Positions 1 to 11,224 of a stretch of DNA of 64,000 bases are shown piece after piece. The notes under the pieces were generated by a model. That model did not search any database, was not told where the DNA came from, and was given only the letters and a program-made list of their open reading frames with translations. Both the position numbers and the translations under genes were made by a program. The DNA is from an uncultured delta proteobacterium. Lineage in GTDB: Bacteria; Myxococcota; Myxococcia; Myxococcales; Anaeromyxobacteraceae. The first letter of the stretch is position 1. Each line of letters opens with the position of its first letter. The stretch covers positions 218,250 to 282,249 of the forward strand of contig CAWHDZ010000003.1 of assembly GCA_963828255.1 (NCBI GenBank), read 5' to 3'.

Positions 1-338
1 ACGAGCGGCAGCTTCCACACCACGGTGAGGGCCCCGAGCGAGGCCTGGAAGAGGACGAGCCCCACCGCGACGAGCGAACCCACGCGGACGGCCGTCCCCC
101 GCCGGCGCCGCCAGACCGTGACCGCGAGTGCAACGGTGAGGACCGAGACGGCCAGGGCCACCAGCCGGTGCCCGTGCTCGAAGAGGACCCCTCCCTCCAT
201 GGCCGGGAAGAACTGGCCGTAGCAGAGCGGCCAGTCCGGGCAGGCCAGGGAGGACCCGGTGGCATGCACCATTCCCCCGATGACGAGGAGGGCGAAGGTG
301 GCCGCGGCCGTGGCCCGGGCGAGTCGGTATTCCAGCAT
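1..338 (-). CDS. ctaA: Heme A synthase (COX15/CtaA family), 5' part; runs off the window start
   Basis: Manual reverse-strand translation MLEYRLARATAAATFALLVIGGMVHATGSSLACPDWPLCYGQFFPAMEGGVLFEHGHRLVA; the GxxLACPDWPLC and EHGHR motifs are typical of CtaA. Absent from the ORF track. Confidence 0.9.
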   Translation of the reverse strand, partial: MLEYRLARATAAATFALLVIGGMVHATGSSLACPDWPLCYGQFFPAMEGGVLFEHGHRLVALAVSVLTVALAVTVWRRRRGTAVRVGSLVAVGLVLFQASLGALTVVWKLPL

Positions 339-364
339 GGGAGAACGGTTGTTTAAATAGTGGA

Positions 365-378
365 CTGATCCAGGTCAA
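365..378. promoter_or_regulatory. FNR/CRP-like box between divergent ctaA and the cupredoxin-like gene
   Basis: CTGAT-CCAG-GTCAA resembles TTGAT-N4-ATCAA. On the minus strand its TTGACC also fits a -35 element 17 bp from TAAACA. Confidence 0.45.
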
Positions 379-442
379 GCCCTCGTCGGAGGGGGTGCCG
401 GGGGACGCGAAAATGGGGGGAAACGGGATATGGATCGGGCCC

Positions 443-1105
443 ATGAACCGATCAGCCCTCACCGTTGCCCTCCTCCTCGTGCTCGCTCCCTCCCGCACCC
501 CGGCCGGCGAGCTCCGGGGGGTGGTGCGGTTCCAGGGGGCAGCACCCGCCCCGGCTCTCCTCGAGACGACCAAGGAGCGGGCCGTCTGCGGGGACTCGGT
601 GCCGGACGAGGCGGTCCAGGTCGCCGCCGGGATGCTCCGGAACGTGGTGGTTGCCGTGAAGGGCGCCCCGGCCCCCGCCCCGGGAAAGGGGGTCCTCGAC
701 CAGCGCGGCTGTCGCTTCCTCCCCCACGTCCAGACCCTTCCTGTCGGGAGCACGCTCGAGGTGGTGAACGGAGACCCCACCCTCCACAACGTCCACGGCT
801 ACCTGGGGCAGGCGACGGCCTTCAACCTGGCCATGCCTTCGAAGGACTCCCGGCTGGCCCGCCAGCTCAAGAAGCCCGGGCTCGTCGTCGTGCGCTGCGA
901 CGTGCACGCATGGATGAGCGCCTTCATCTGGGTTGCGGACGGCCCCGCCGCCGTGACCGGGGCGGACGGCGCCTACGTCGTCGGGAACGTCCCGCCAGGC
1001 ACCTACGAGGTGACGGCGTGGCACGAGAAGCTGGGGGAGCGGAAGGGCACGGCGACCGTCCCGGCGACGGGCGCGGCCACCCTCGACTTCACCTTCGGGA
1101 ACTGA
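443..1105 (+). CDS. Secreted cupredoxin-like/carboxypeptidase-regulatory-domain protein
   Basis: Signal peptide; DQRGCRFLPHV, HNVH and CDVHAWM motifs; C-terminal VPPGTYEVTAWHE. Confidence 0.75.
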   Translation: MNRSALTVALLLVLAPSRTPAGELRGVVRFQGAAPAPALLETTKERAVCGDSVPDEAVQVAAGMLRNVVVAVKGAPAPAPGKGVLDQRGCRFLPHVQTLPVGSTLEVVNGDPTLHNVHGYLGQATAFNLAMPSKDSRLARQLKKPGLVVVRCDVHAWMSAFIWVADGPAAVTGADGAYVVGNVPPGTYEVTAWHEKLGERKGTATVPATGAATLDFTFGN

Positions 1106-1106
1106 A

Positions 1107-1364
1107 CTAGGCGTCCTCGTCCTCGGCGACCTCGTCCTCGTCCTCGGCGAGCGGGACCTCCTCCTCGCCCTCGAGCGCCTCGACCTCGGGCTCCGCCTTG
1201 CGAGGCGTGGCGCGGACGCGCTTCTCGGCCGGGGCCTTGACGACCGGGGTCTCCCGCTGGTCGGCCCCGCACTTGGGGCAGAGCGGGACCGGCTTCTTCA
1301 TGTCGTAGAACTTGGTCTGGCACTTGAAGCAGGCGTGCTTGGTTCCGAGATCCTTCGGCGGCAT
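1107..1364 (-). CDS. TIGR02300/FYDLN-acid family protein
   Basis: LGTKHACFKCQTKFYDM...CPKCG zinc ribbon followed by an acidic tail. Confidence 0.85.
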   Translation of the reverse strand: MPPKDLGTKHACFKCQTKFYDMKKPVPLCPKCGADQRETPVVKAPAEKRVRATPRKAEPEVEALEGEEEVPLAEDEDEVAEDEDA

Positions 1365-1467
1365 TTATCTCCCCTGCTGGCGTGCGCGCCAATTATCCAA
1401 AGACGCGGAGCCCGTCAAAGGAAAAGGCGACGCCCCCCGCATGATGCTGGGCTATACCTCGCCCTGC

Positions 1468-2271
1468 ATGAACGAGACCGAAAGACTGGAGCGGCGCCTG
1501 CTGCGGGACACCGCGCGCGCCATCGAGGATTTCGGGCTCGTCGAGGACGGCGACAAGATCCTGGTCGCGGTCTCGGGGGGCAAGGACAGCTACGCGCTGC
1601 TGCACCTGCTCTCTCGCCTGCGCGAGAGGGCCCCCATCCACTTCGACCTCGTGGCGGTCAACCTCGACCAGGGGCACCCCGGGTTCCCGGCCCACGTCCT
1701 GGAGGAGCACTTCCGGAGCGTGGGAGTGCCCTACCGGATGCTCCGGCAGGACACCCTCACCATCGTGAAGCGGCTGGTGCCGGAGGGAGGGACGTCCTGC
1801 TCGGTCTGCTCCCGGCTGCGGCGGGGCATCCTCTACAACGCCGCCGTGGAGATGGGCTGCAACAAGATCGCGCTGGGTCACCACCGCGACGACCTCATCG
1901 AGACCCTCCTCATGTCGGCGCTCTACGCGGGCCGTCTCATGACCATGCCGGCGAAGCTCCGCTCCGACGATGGACGGAACGTGGTCATCCGGCCGCTGGC
2001 CTACGCCGCCGAGGAGGAGATCGCGGCCTTCGCGGCGCTCATGCGCTTCCCGGTGGTCCCCTGCGACCTGTGCGGATCGCAGCCGAACCTCATGCGGAAA
2101 CGGGTGAAGGCGCTCATCGCCGAACTCTCGGGCGAGCACCCGGCCGTGAAGGGGAACCTGCTCTCGGCCCTCTCCAGCGTGGTTCCGAGCCACCTCCTCG
2201 ACCGGGACCTCCAGGCGCGGCTCGGCGAGTCGGGCGGCCGGGACCCGTGGCTCGACGTCGAGACCGGATAG
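1468..2271 (+). CDS. ttcA: tRNA 2-thiocytidine(32) synthetase
   Basis: SGGKDS PP-loop, CSVCSRLRRG, GHHRDD and CDLCGSQ motifs. Confidence 0.93.
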   Translation: MNETERLERRLLRDTARAIEDFGLVEDGDKILVAVSGGKDSYALLHLLSRLRERAPIHFDLVAVNLDQGHPGFPAHVLEEHFRSVGVPYRMLRQDTLTIVKRLVPEGGTSCSVCSRLRRGILYNAAVEMGCNKIALGHHRDDLIETLLMSALYAGRLMTMPAKLRSDDGRNVVIRPLAYAAEEEIAAFAALMRFPVVPCDLCGSQPNLMRKRVKALIAELSGEHPAVKGNLLSALSSVVPSHLLDRDLQARLGESGGRDPWLDVETG

Positions 2272-2288
2272 CCTCCCCAGGAGACCCG

Positions 2289-2981
2289 ATGCCGCTCGTG
2301 GACCCCGAGTCGATCCGCACCCCGCGCGACCTCGCGCGGGTGATCGAGCACACCCTGCTGCGGGAGGACGCCGGCGAGGCCGACGTGCTCCGCGCCTGCG
2401 AGGAGGCGCGCCGCCACCGGTTCGCCGCCGTCTGCGTGCGCTCGAACTGGGTGGCCCGGGCGGCCCGGGCGCTCTCCGGGTCGGGGGTGGCGGTGGTGGC
2501 GACGGTGGACTTCCCGGAGGGCGCGGGCAGCACCGAGGCCCGCGCGCGGGAGGCACGGGCCGCGGCCGCCGCGGGAGCCTCCGAGGTGGACGTGGTGCTG
2601 GGGCGGGCGGCCCTGCAGGCCCGCGACCACGGGGCCGTGCTGCGGGACCTCTCCACGGTGATGGCCGAGGCCCGGGTCCCCGTGAAGGTGATCCTGGAGA
2701 CGAGCCGCCTCACCCGCGACGAGAAGGTGGCGGCCTGCGCGCTCGCCCAGGCGGCCGGGGCCGCCTGGGTGAAGACCTCCACCGGGTATGCCGGGGGCGG
2801 CGCCAGCGTGGACGACGTGGCGCTCCTGCGCGCCTCGGTGGGGCACGCGGTGGGGGTGAAGGCCTCCGGGGGGATCCGCAGCGCCGACGACGCGCTGCGC
2901 ATGGTCCGGGCCGGGGCCGACCGCATCGGCACGAGCTCCGGTCCGGGCATCGTCGAGGGCGCCTTCGCGGGACAGGGGTAG
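2289..2981 (+). CDS. deoC: Deoxyribose-phosphate aldolase
   Basis: IEHTLL, VKVILET, WVKTSTG, VKASGGIRS and RIGTSSG motifs. Confidence 0.95.
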   Translation: MPLVDPESIRTPRDLARVIEHTLLREDAGEADVLRACEEARRHRFAAVCVRSNWVARAARALSGSGVAVVATVDFPEGAGSTEARAREARAAAAAGASEVDVVLGRAALQARDHGAVLRDLSTVMAEARVPVKVILETSRLTRDEKVAACALAQAAGAAWVKTSTGYAGGGASVDDVALLRASVGHAVGVKASGGIRSADDALRMVRAGADRIGTSSGPGIVEGAFAGQG

Positions 2982-2984
2982 GGC

Positions 2985-4148
2985 TTGGCGGGGCGCTTCG
3001 TCATCCTGGTCGCGGACAGCGTGGGCGCGGGCGCACTGCCCGACGCGGCTGCGTTCGGCGACGCCGGCTCCGACACGCTCGGCAACCTGAGCCGCGCGGT
3101 GGGGGGGCTTTCACTTCCGGTGATGGGGGCGCTGGGGCTCGGGAACGTCGTGCCCATCCTCGGCGTTCCGCCGGTGGAGCACCCGGCCGCCTCCTGGGGG
3201 CGCATGGCGGAGCGCTCCCCGGGCAAGGACACCATCACCGGTCACTGGGAGATGATGGGCGTCCCCCTGACCGAGCCGTTCACCCTCTTCCCGCAGGGCT
3301 TTCCCCCCGAGGTGCTCGACCCCTGGCTCGCCGCCACCGGGGCCCCCGGCGTGCTGGCCAACCGGGCCGCCAGCGGAACGCAGATCATCGACGAGCTGGG
3401 CGAGGAGCACCGGCGCACCGGGAAGCCCATCGTCTACACCTCGGCCGACTCCGTCTTCCAGGTGGCGGCGCACGAGGAGACCATCCCGCTGGAGACGCTC
3501 TACGCCTGGTGCCGCGAGGCCCGGCGCATCCTCGACCCGCTGCGGGTGGCCCGGGTCATCGCCCGGCCGTTCGTGGGCGCCCCCGGGAGCTACCGGAGGA
3601 CGTACAACCGCAAGGACTTCTCCATGCTGCCGCCACGCCCCACGGTGCTCGAGCGGCTCGCCGCCGCGGGGGTGCCGGTGGTCGGGGTGGGGAAGATCGG
3701 CGACATCTTCGACCGGAGGGGAATGGCCGAGGACGTCCACACCCAGGGCAACGCCGACGGCCTGCGCCGGACCGCCGAGATCCTGGGGCGGATGGACCGT
3801 GGTTTGCTCTTCGTGAACCTGGTGGACTTCGACATGCTCTGGGGGCACCGCAACGACGCGCCCGGGTACGCGCGGGGGCTCGAGGAGATGGACCAGGGGC
3901 TCCCGCCGGTGCTGGCGGCGCTGCGGGAGGGGGACGTCCTCGCCATCACCGCCGACCACGGCTGCGACCCGACCACGGCCTCCACCGACCACTCCCGCGA
4001 GTACGTTCCACTTCTCGTGAAATCGCCGGGAAGGGAGGGGCGGCCCCTGGGGACGCGGGAGAGCTTCGCCGACCTGGGCGCGACGGTGGCGGAGTTCTTC
4101 GGCGTCGAGCCGGGCGCGGGGCGGAGCTTCCTCGGCGCGGTGGGGTGA
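2985..4148 (+). CDS. deoB: Phosphopentomutase
   Basis: DSVGAG, GKDTITGHWE, YTSADSVFQ, TADHGCDPT and DHSREYVP motifs; TTG start. Confidence 0.95.
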   Translation: MAGRFVILVADSVGAGALPDAAAFGDAGSDTLGNLSRAVGGLSLPVMGALGLGNVVPILGVPPVEHPAASWGRMAERSPGKDTITGHWEMMGVPLTEPFTLFPQGFPPEVLDPWLAATGAPGVLANRAASGTQIIDELGEEHRRTGKPIVYTSADSVFQVAAHEETIPLETLYAWCREARRILDPLRVARVIARPFVGAPGSYRRTYNRKDFSMLPPRPTVLERLAAAGVPVVGVGKIGDIFDRRGMAEDVHTQGNADGLRRTAEILGRMDRGLLFVNLVDFDMLWGHRNDAPGYARGLEEMDQGLPPVLAALREGDVLAITADHGCDPTTASTDHSREYVPLLVKSPGREGRPLGTRESFADLGATVAEFFGVEPGAGRSFLGAVG

Positions 4149-4157
4149 GCGGCGCCC

Positions 4158-4967
4158 TCAGGGCGCCGGCCAGCGGGCCGGGCGCTTGCCCAGGAAGGCG
4201 TCGATGCCCTCGGCGGCGTCCGGCTCCACCATCCCGCAGGCCATGGTCTCGGTGGTGAGCGCGTAGGCCCCCACCAGCGGCTGCTCGATCTGCCTGTAGA
4301 AGGCCCGCTTGCCGGAGGCGACCACCCTGCCGCTGCGGGCCACGATGATGCCGGTGAACTTCGCCACCTCGGCGTCGAGCCCGGCCGGGGGGACGACGCG
4401 GTTCACGAGCCCCCAGGAGAGCGCGGTGGCGGCGTCGAAGAGCTCGCCGGTGAGGAGCATCTCCATGGCCCGCTTGCGCCCCACGTTGCGGGCCACGCCC
4501 ACGGCGGGAGTGGAGCAGAAGATGCCCACGTTCACGCCGGGCAGGGCGAAGCGCGCGTCGGTGGAGGCCACCGCGAGGTCGCAGGTCGAGACCAGCTGGC
4601 AGCCTGCCGCGGTGGCGATCCCGTGCACGCGTGCGATGACCGGCTGCGGGATCTCGGTGATCTTCACCATCATCCGGCTGCAGTCGGTGAAGAGCTTGCG
4701 CTGCCACTCCTTGTCGTCCGCGCGGCCCCGCATCTCCTTCAGGTCGTGGCCGGCGCAGAACCCGCGCCCCGCCGCGGCCAGGACCACGACGCGCGACGTG
4801 CGGTCGGCGCCCACGGCGTCGATCTGGGCCTCGAGCGCGGCGATCATGGCCGTGGAGAGGGGGTTGAAGCGGTCGCCGCGGTTCAGGGTGAGGGTGGTCA
4901 CGCCCCCCTCGTCCCGGCGGGTGACCAGGGGTGCCTCGACGACCGCCGCTGCGCTCTCGCTCGTCAT
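4158..4967 (-). CDS. Enoyl-CoA hydratase/isomerase family protein
   Basis: FCAGHDLKE and ATAAGCQLV motifs; crotonase fold. Confidence 0.9.
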   Translation of the reverse strand: MTSESAAAVVEAPLVTRRDEGGVTTLTLNRGDRFNPLSTAMIAALEAQIDAVGADRTSRVVVLAAAGRGFCAGHDLKEMRGRADDKEWQRKLFTDCSRMMVKITEIPQPVIARVHGIATAAGCQLVSTCDLAVASTDARFALPGVNVGIFCSTPAVGVARNVGRKRAMEMLLTGELFDAATALSWGLVNRVVPPAGLDAEVAKFTGIIVARSGRVVASGKRAFYRQIEQPLVGAYALTTETMACGMVEPDAAEGIDAFLGKRPARWPAP

Positions 4968-5014
4968 GGTCGGGCATTGTCCGCGACGACGGAGCAGGAA
5001 TGCAAGACGCCGGA

Positions 5015-6157
5015 TCAGTACCGGGTGAGCGAGGGGGCCACGTCGGCGGCGTAGCGGAGGATGCCGCCCGCCAGCGAGGAGACGCGCGGGAAGCCGGCGG
5101 CGCGGAGCAGCTTCCCGGCCGTCTGGCTGCGGACACCGCTCCGGCAGAAGGCGACCACCTCGCTCGCGCGGTCGAGCCGCGAGAGCTCGCCCTCCAGCCG
5201 CGACAGGGGGGCCAGCAGGGCTCCGGGGATGCGGGCGATCTCCCATTCGTGGGGCTCGCGGACGTCGAGGAGGGTGATGGCCTCTCCCCCGGCGAGCCGG
5301 GCGACGAGATCGGCGGGAGTGACCTCCGGGATCCGTTCGTCAGGGGCGCCCGGCGCGCAGGCGACGGCCTCCTCGCGCAGCTCCCGGATCGTCCGGGTTC
5401 CGCAGGCCGGACAGCCCGGGTCCTTCCGCACGTTCACCGTCCGGAACTGCATGGCGAGCGCATCGACGAGGAGGAGGCGGCCGACGAGGGGCTCTCCGAT
5501 GCCGGCCGCCAGCTTGAGCGCCTCGGTGGCCTGGATGGTGCCGAGCAGGCCGGGGAGCACGCCGAGCACGCCCCCGTCCGCGCACGAGGGGACCTCCCCG
5601 GGCGCCGGAGGCGAGGGGTAGAGGCAGCGGTAGCAGGGACCCCCGGGAGCGCAGAAGACCGACGCCTGCCCGTCGAAGCGATGGATGCTCGCGTGCACGT
5701 CGGGGCGCCCCGCCAGCGCGCAGGCGTCGGACACCAGATAGCGGGTGGCGAAGCTGTCGGAACCGTCCACCACCAGGTCGTGGTCGCGGACCAGCTCGAG
5801 CCCGTTCGATGCCCCGAACCGGACGTCGTGAAGGGCCAGGGAGAGGTGCGGGTTCATGTCGAGCAGCCGATCCCGGGCCGACTCGGTCTTGGGGCGTCCC
5901 ACGTCCCGGGTGCCGTGGAGGACCTGGCGCTGGAGGTTCGTGACCTCGACCACGTCGAAGTCCACGATCGACAGGTGCCCCACTCCGGCGGCGGCCAGGT
6001 AGAGCGCCGCCGGGGAACCGAGGCCGCCGGCCCCGACGAGCAGGATGCGCGCCCGCTTGATGCGCCGCTGCCCCTCCATCCCCACCTGGGGCAGGGAGAG
6101 ATGGCGCGCGTAGCGCAGGATCTCGTCGGGGCCGAGGGTGGGGACGGGGCGGGTCAC
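5015..6157 (-). CDS. moeB: MoeB/ThiF adenylyltransferase fused to a rhodanese domain (MoeZ/MoeBR type)
   Basis: RYARHL, GAGGLGSP, NLQRQ, CYRC and CPAC motifs; C-terminal rhodanese CRSGVRS. Confidence 0.92.
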   Translation of the reverse strand: MTRPVPTLGPDEILRYARHLSLPQVGMEGQRRIKRARILLVGAGGLGSPAALYLAAAGVGHLSIVDFDVVEVTNLQRQVLHGTRDVGRPKTESARDRLLDMNPHLSLALHDVRFGASNGLELVRDHDLVVDGSDSFATRYLVSDACALAGRPDVHASIHRFDGQASVFCAPGGPCYRCLYPSPPAPGEVPSCADGGVLGVLPGLLGTIQATEALKLAAGIGEPLVGRLLLVDALAMQFRTVNVRKDPGCPACGTRTIRELREEAVACAPGAPDERIPEVTPADLVARLAGGEAITLLDVREPHEWEIARIPGALLAPLSRLEGELSRLDRASEVVAFCRSGVRSQTAGKLLRAAGFPRVSSLAGGILRYAADVAPSLTRY

Positions 6158-6166
6158 CCCCTCATC

Positions 6167-7547
<1,381 letters not shown>

Positions 7548-7580
7548 GCGGACAGGGGGTGTGGACCGCCGGGGGTCGTC

Positions 7581-7991
7581 CTAGCCGGCGACGACCTTGA
7601 CCGCCACCGTTCGCACCCTCGGCCCGTCGAACTCGCACAGGAAGATCCCCTGCCAGGTCCCCAGGACCGGGGCGCCTCGCTCGACGATCAGCGTGGCCGA
7701 CGTCCCAACGAGCGCCGCTTTCACGTGGGCGTCGGAGTTTCCCTCGCCGTGGCGGTACTCGCCCCGCGCGGCGCGGCGGGGCACGGCGTTCTCGAGGGCG
7801 AGCAGGAGGTCCCGGGCCACGTCGGGGTCGGCGTTCTCCTGCACGGTGACCCCGGCGGTGGTGTGGACGCTCGAGACCACCGCGACTCCGTCCGTGATGG
7901 CGGATGCCCGGATGGCGTCGCGCACCAGGGCGGTGATCTCGACGAGCTGGCCGGCGGCGGTGGTGCGGACCTCGAGGCGGAAGACGGGCAT
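7581..7991 (-). CDS. yjbQ: YjbQ/UPF0047 family protein
   Basis: HTTAGVTVQENADPDV, NSDAHVK and LGTWQGIFLCEFDGPR motifs. Confidence 0.92.
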   Translation of the reverse strand: MPVFRLEVRTTAAGQLVEITALVRDAIRASAITDGVAVVSSVHTTAGVTVQENADPDVARDLLLALENAVPRRAARGEYRHGEGNSDAHVKAALVGTSATLIVERGAPVLGTWQGIFLCEFDGPRVRTVAVKVVAG

Positions 7992-8006
7992 CGGGATCTC
8001 CCCGGG

Positions 8007-9149
8007 TCAGAGATGGGCGGCCAGCGCGGCCAGGCCGGAGAGGTCGTGCACGTCCCCCTCCAGGCGGGGCACGGCGACGTGCGGCCCCGAGGCGCCGCGC
8101 CGCAACCGCTCCACCTCGCGGGCGTCGGAGCGGGCGAACGCCTGGTGCTGCGAGAGCGTCAGGGAGAGCCGCTCGGCCAGGTCGAGCCCGCCATCGGCGC
8201 CCCCGGCCCCCGGCCCGGCGGCGAGCGCCTCGGCCAGCGGCGACGCGCCCGGAGTCGGGCCCGGGAACGGCCAGAGGTCGGGGGTCACCCGGTTCGACAC
8301 CGAGCCGGCCACCGGCATGCCGGCCGTGCGCAGGTGGTCGCGGAAGAAGATGGCCTCGTCCACCGAGAGCGGGCTCGGGCTCGCCACCAGCACGAACCCG
8401 ACCTCGGGGCGGGTGAGCAGGGAGCGGACCTCCGAGGCCCGCTCCTTGAAGCCGTCGTACATGCCCTGGAACTGCCCGAGGAAGTCTCCCACGTCGGAGA
8501 GGACGTCGGAGCCGGTGAACCGGGAGAGGGTCTTGGCCACGAACCCGGTGCCCATCTGGAGGAGCCGCGCCCCGAACCGCCCCGCGTCGAGGGCCGGGGC
8601 GAAGAGCTTGCGCGCGGTCTCGTTGCCCACGAAGTCGAGGATGCGGTCGGGCGCCTCCAGGAAGTCGAGCGCGTGGGCGGTGGGGGGGGTGTCGAGCACG
8701 ATCAGGTCGTAGTCACGCTCGGTGGAGAGCTCGTAGAGCTTCTCCATGGCCATGTACTCCTGCGAGCCGGCCAGGGCCCCGGAGACTTGCTGGTAGATGC
8801 GGTTTCCCAGGATGCGGTCGCGGGTGGCGGCGTCGGGTGCGTGGCGCGTCACCAGGTCGTCCCAGGTGCGCTTCACGTCGAGCATCATCGCGAAGAGCTG
8901 CCCGGTGGGCGCCAGGCCGGCCCGGGTGAAGGCCTCGGGGGGGACGAGGGCCTCCGCATTGCCCAGCGTCCCGAGCCCGAGCGCGGTGGCCAGGCGGCGG
9001 GCCGGGTCGATGGTGCAGACCAGCGCGCGCCCGCCCGCCATGGCCCGGGAGAGGGCGATGGCGGCGGCCACCGAGGTCTTGCCCACGCCGCCGCTTCCCA
9101 CCACCACGGCGATGCGCTTGCCCTCGAGGGACCGCAGGAGCGCGCCCAT
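8007..9149 (-). CDS. ArsA/Get3-family ATPase (subunit 2)
   Basis: GSGGVGKTS, TIDPARRLA and DTPPTAHALDFL motifs. Confidence 0.9.
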   Translation of the reverse strand: MGALLRSLEGKRIAVVVGSGGVGKTSVAAAIALSRAMAGGRALVCTIDPARRLATALGLGTLGNAEALVPPEAFTRAGLAPTGQLFAMMLDVKRTWDDLVTRHAPDAATRDRILGNRIYQQVSGALAGSQEYMAMEKLYELSTERDYDLIVLDTPPTAHALDFLEAPDRILDFVGNETARKLFAPALDAGRFGARLLQMGTGFVAKTLSRFTGSDVLSDVGDFLGQFQGMYDGFKERASEVRSLLTRPEVGFVLVASPSPLSVDEAIFFRDHLRTAGMPVAGSVSNRVTPDLWPFPGPTPGASPLAEALAAGPGAGGADGGLDLAERLSLTLSQHQAFARSDAREVERLRRGASGPHVAVPRLEGDVHDLSGLAALAAHL

Positions 9150-10075
9150 CAGACCTGCCCGTCCATGGCGTCGGCGATGCGCTCCACGGCGCGCCGGCCC
9201 CAGCGGTCGGCGGCGAGCAGCGGCAGCGGCACCACGTCGCGCCCGAGCAGCTCGCGCAGGCGCGCCGCCTGGGCCTCGGCCCGCTCCCGGTGCGCGCCCT
9301 GGAGCAGGGCCGCCCGGGCGGCAGGTCCGAGGGGGGGAGCGGAGGGGGAGAGTCCGCGCAGTCGGTCCAGTTCACCTGTGGTGAATGTCGCCCCGGGCAT
9401 GGCGTTCAGGAAGACCGGGCCGCGCGGCAGCGCGAGCCCCTGGCCGACCTGGGTGTCGAGCTCGGCCGTCTCGGTGACCGGCATCTCCTCGGGCAGGGAG
9501 ACGAGCGCCACCGCGCTGCGGTCCGGGGCCGACAGGAATGCCTGCATCCACTCCGCGTCGCGCCGCAGCGGCCCGCCCGGGACGGTGTCGAGGAGCGCCC
9601 GCGGCGTCCCCAGGAGCTGCACGGCGTGGCCGGTGGCGGGGGCGTCCACCACCACCAGGTCCCAGCGGGGCTTCCCGTGCTCCTCGGAGCGGGCCTCGTG
9701 CAGGATCTTTCCCAGCATCAGGGTCTCGGCCAGCGAGGGCACGGCGCGCAGGAAGAAGCGAACCACCCGGTTCTCGAAGACCGCCTGGTAGATGGCCCGC
9801 ACCTTCACCACCATGAGCGCGTACTCCTCGAGTGCGTGGCGCGGGTCCACGTTGACGGTGGAGATGCCAGGAAGGACGGGGCGGATCACCGGCCCGGAGG
9901 GACGGCCGCCCAGCATGGGGGCCACGCGCTCCCGGGCGTCCACCTCGGCGACGAGGACGCGCTTCCCGCGGCGGGCGGCGAGCACGGCCAGGGCGGCGGA
10001 GACGGTCGACTTCCCCACTCCTCCCTTGCCCGTGACCACGACGAGGCGGCGATCGAGCAAGTCGGAGGCGGACAC
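9149..10075 (-). CDS. ArsA/Get3-family ATPase (subunit 1)
   Basis: GKGGVGKST, DAPATGH and LPEEMPVTE motifs; GTG start inferred. Confidence 0.88.
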   Translation of the reverse strand: MSASDLLDRRLVVVTGKGGVGKSTVSAALAVLAARRGKRVLVAEVDARERVAPMLGGRPSGPVIRPVLPGISTVNVDPRHALEEYALMVVKVRAIYQAVFENRVVRFFLRAVPSLAETLMLGKILHEARSEEHGKPRWDLVVVDAPATGHAVQLLGTPRALLDTVPGGPLRRDAEWMQAFLSAPDRSAVALVSLPEEMPVTETAELDTQVGQGLALPRGPVFLNAMPGATFTTGELDRLRGLSPSAPPLGPAARAALLQGAHRERAEAQAARLRELLGRDVVPLPLLAADRWGRRAVERIADAMDGQV

Positions 10076-10114
10076 GACGCTTGACAAGCTAACGTCGGGG
10101 GGAGAGATGTCCAC

Positions 10115-10429
10115 ATGCTCCGCTCGCTCCTCGATCATCCGCTCCTGCGCCAGGCGCGCGCCGCAGGCGAGAAGCAGGTGGGGCGCGTGCTCTCCCCCGA
10201 GGTGGCCGGAGCCGCGCTCCAGACCCTGCTGGCCGCGGCCGGCGAGGCCCGGCAGCGCATCGACCGGGTCCGGCGCGCCGCGCTCGACGCCGCCCAGGTC
10301 CCGTCGTCGAGCGACCTCGACGAGCTGAAGCGCCGGCTGGTGGAGATGGAGGAGCTGCTCGACGGACTGTCCGCCCGCCTGGCCCGCGCCGAGGCGCGGG
10401 AGGGCGAGGACGAGGGCGGCGAGGGCTAA
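10115..10429 (+). CDS. Small coiled-coil protein, phasin/granule-associated-like
   Basis: VPSSSDLDELKRRLVEMEELL resembles phasin/PhaE-type tails; the neighbouring PhaR-like gene supports this. Confidence 0.55.
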   Translation: MLRSLLDHPLLRQARAAGEKQVGRVLSPEVAGAALQTLLAAAGEARQRIDRVRRAALDAAQVPSSSDLDELKRRLVEMEELLDGLSARLARAEAREGEDEGGEG

Positions 10430-10447
10430 GGGCCCTTGGCCGGGAAC

Positions 10448-11224
10448 ATGCGGCGCATCGCCTTCGTCAACGAGAAGGGCGGCACCTGCAAGACCACGCT
10501 CTGCGTGAACACGGCGGCGTGGATCGCCACGCAGCGTGGGATGCGGGTGCTGGTCGCAGACCTCGACACGCAGGGGCACGCCGGCAAGGCCCTGGGCGTG
10601 GACGTGCGGGGCATCTCCCCCACCATCCGCGACGTCCTGGTCGGCGAGTCGCTCTCGGTGAGGGACGTGGCCCGCCCCACCTCGGTGCCCGGCCTCGACC
10701 TTCTCCCCGCCAACAAGGACCTGGCCGGATTCCCCGTCGAGGTCGCCGCCTTCCACGACCGGGCCGACCGACTGCGCCGCCGCCTCGACGACGTGCCGGA
10801 GGGGACCTGGGACGCGGTGCTGGTGGACGCCCCGCCCTCCGTGTCGCTGGTCACCGAGAACGTGCTGCGCGCCGCCACCGAGGTGGTGCTCCCGGTGGGG
10901 CTCACCTACCTGGCGCTCGACGGCTGCGCCGAGATCCTGGCCAGCCTGGAGACGCTGCGGCGCGAGACCGGCCGCGCGCCGGAGGTCACGCTGGTGGTGC
11001 CCACGCTCTACCGGAAGACCCAGCTCGCCGGAGAGATCCTGGAGAAGCTCCGGGCGCGCTTCCCCGACCGCCTGGCGGCGCCGCTGGGCTTCTCGGTGAA
11101 GATCGACGAGGCCCAGAGCCACGGGCGCACCATCTTCGACTACGCGCCCCGCTGCAGCGGCGCGCTGGCGCTGGCGGAGATCGCCCGCGCCGTCTGGGAC
11201 CGGGCGGCCCCCGCGCAGGACTAA
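10448..11224 (+). CDS. ParA/MinD family ATPase
   Basis: NEKGGTCKTT deviant Walker A, DLDTQGH, DAPPS and IDEAQSHG motifs. Confidence 0.9.
   Translation: MRRIAFVNEKGGTCKTTLCVNTAAWIATQRGMRVLVADLDTQGHAGKALGVDVRGISPTIRDVLVGESLSVRDVARPTSVPGLDLLPANKDLAGFPVEVAAFHDRADRLRRRLDDVPEGTWDAVLVDAPPSVSLVTENVLRAATEVVLPVGLTYLALDGCAEILASLETLRRETGRAPEVTLVVPTLYRKTQLAGEILEKLRARFPDRLAAPLGFSVKIDEAQSHGRTIFDYAPRCSGALALAEIARAVWDRAAPAQD

Noticed and set aside
8007..10075. Arsenic resistance operon
   Set aside because: No arsB, acr3, arsC, arsR or arsD nearby; single-domain paired ATPases fit the Get3-like subfamily.
10448..11224. Chromosome or plasmid partition locus
   Set aside because: No parB, parS or replication gene in the window.
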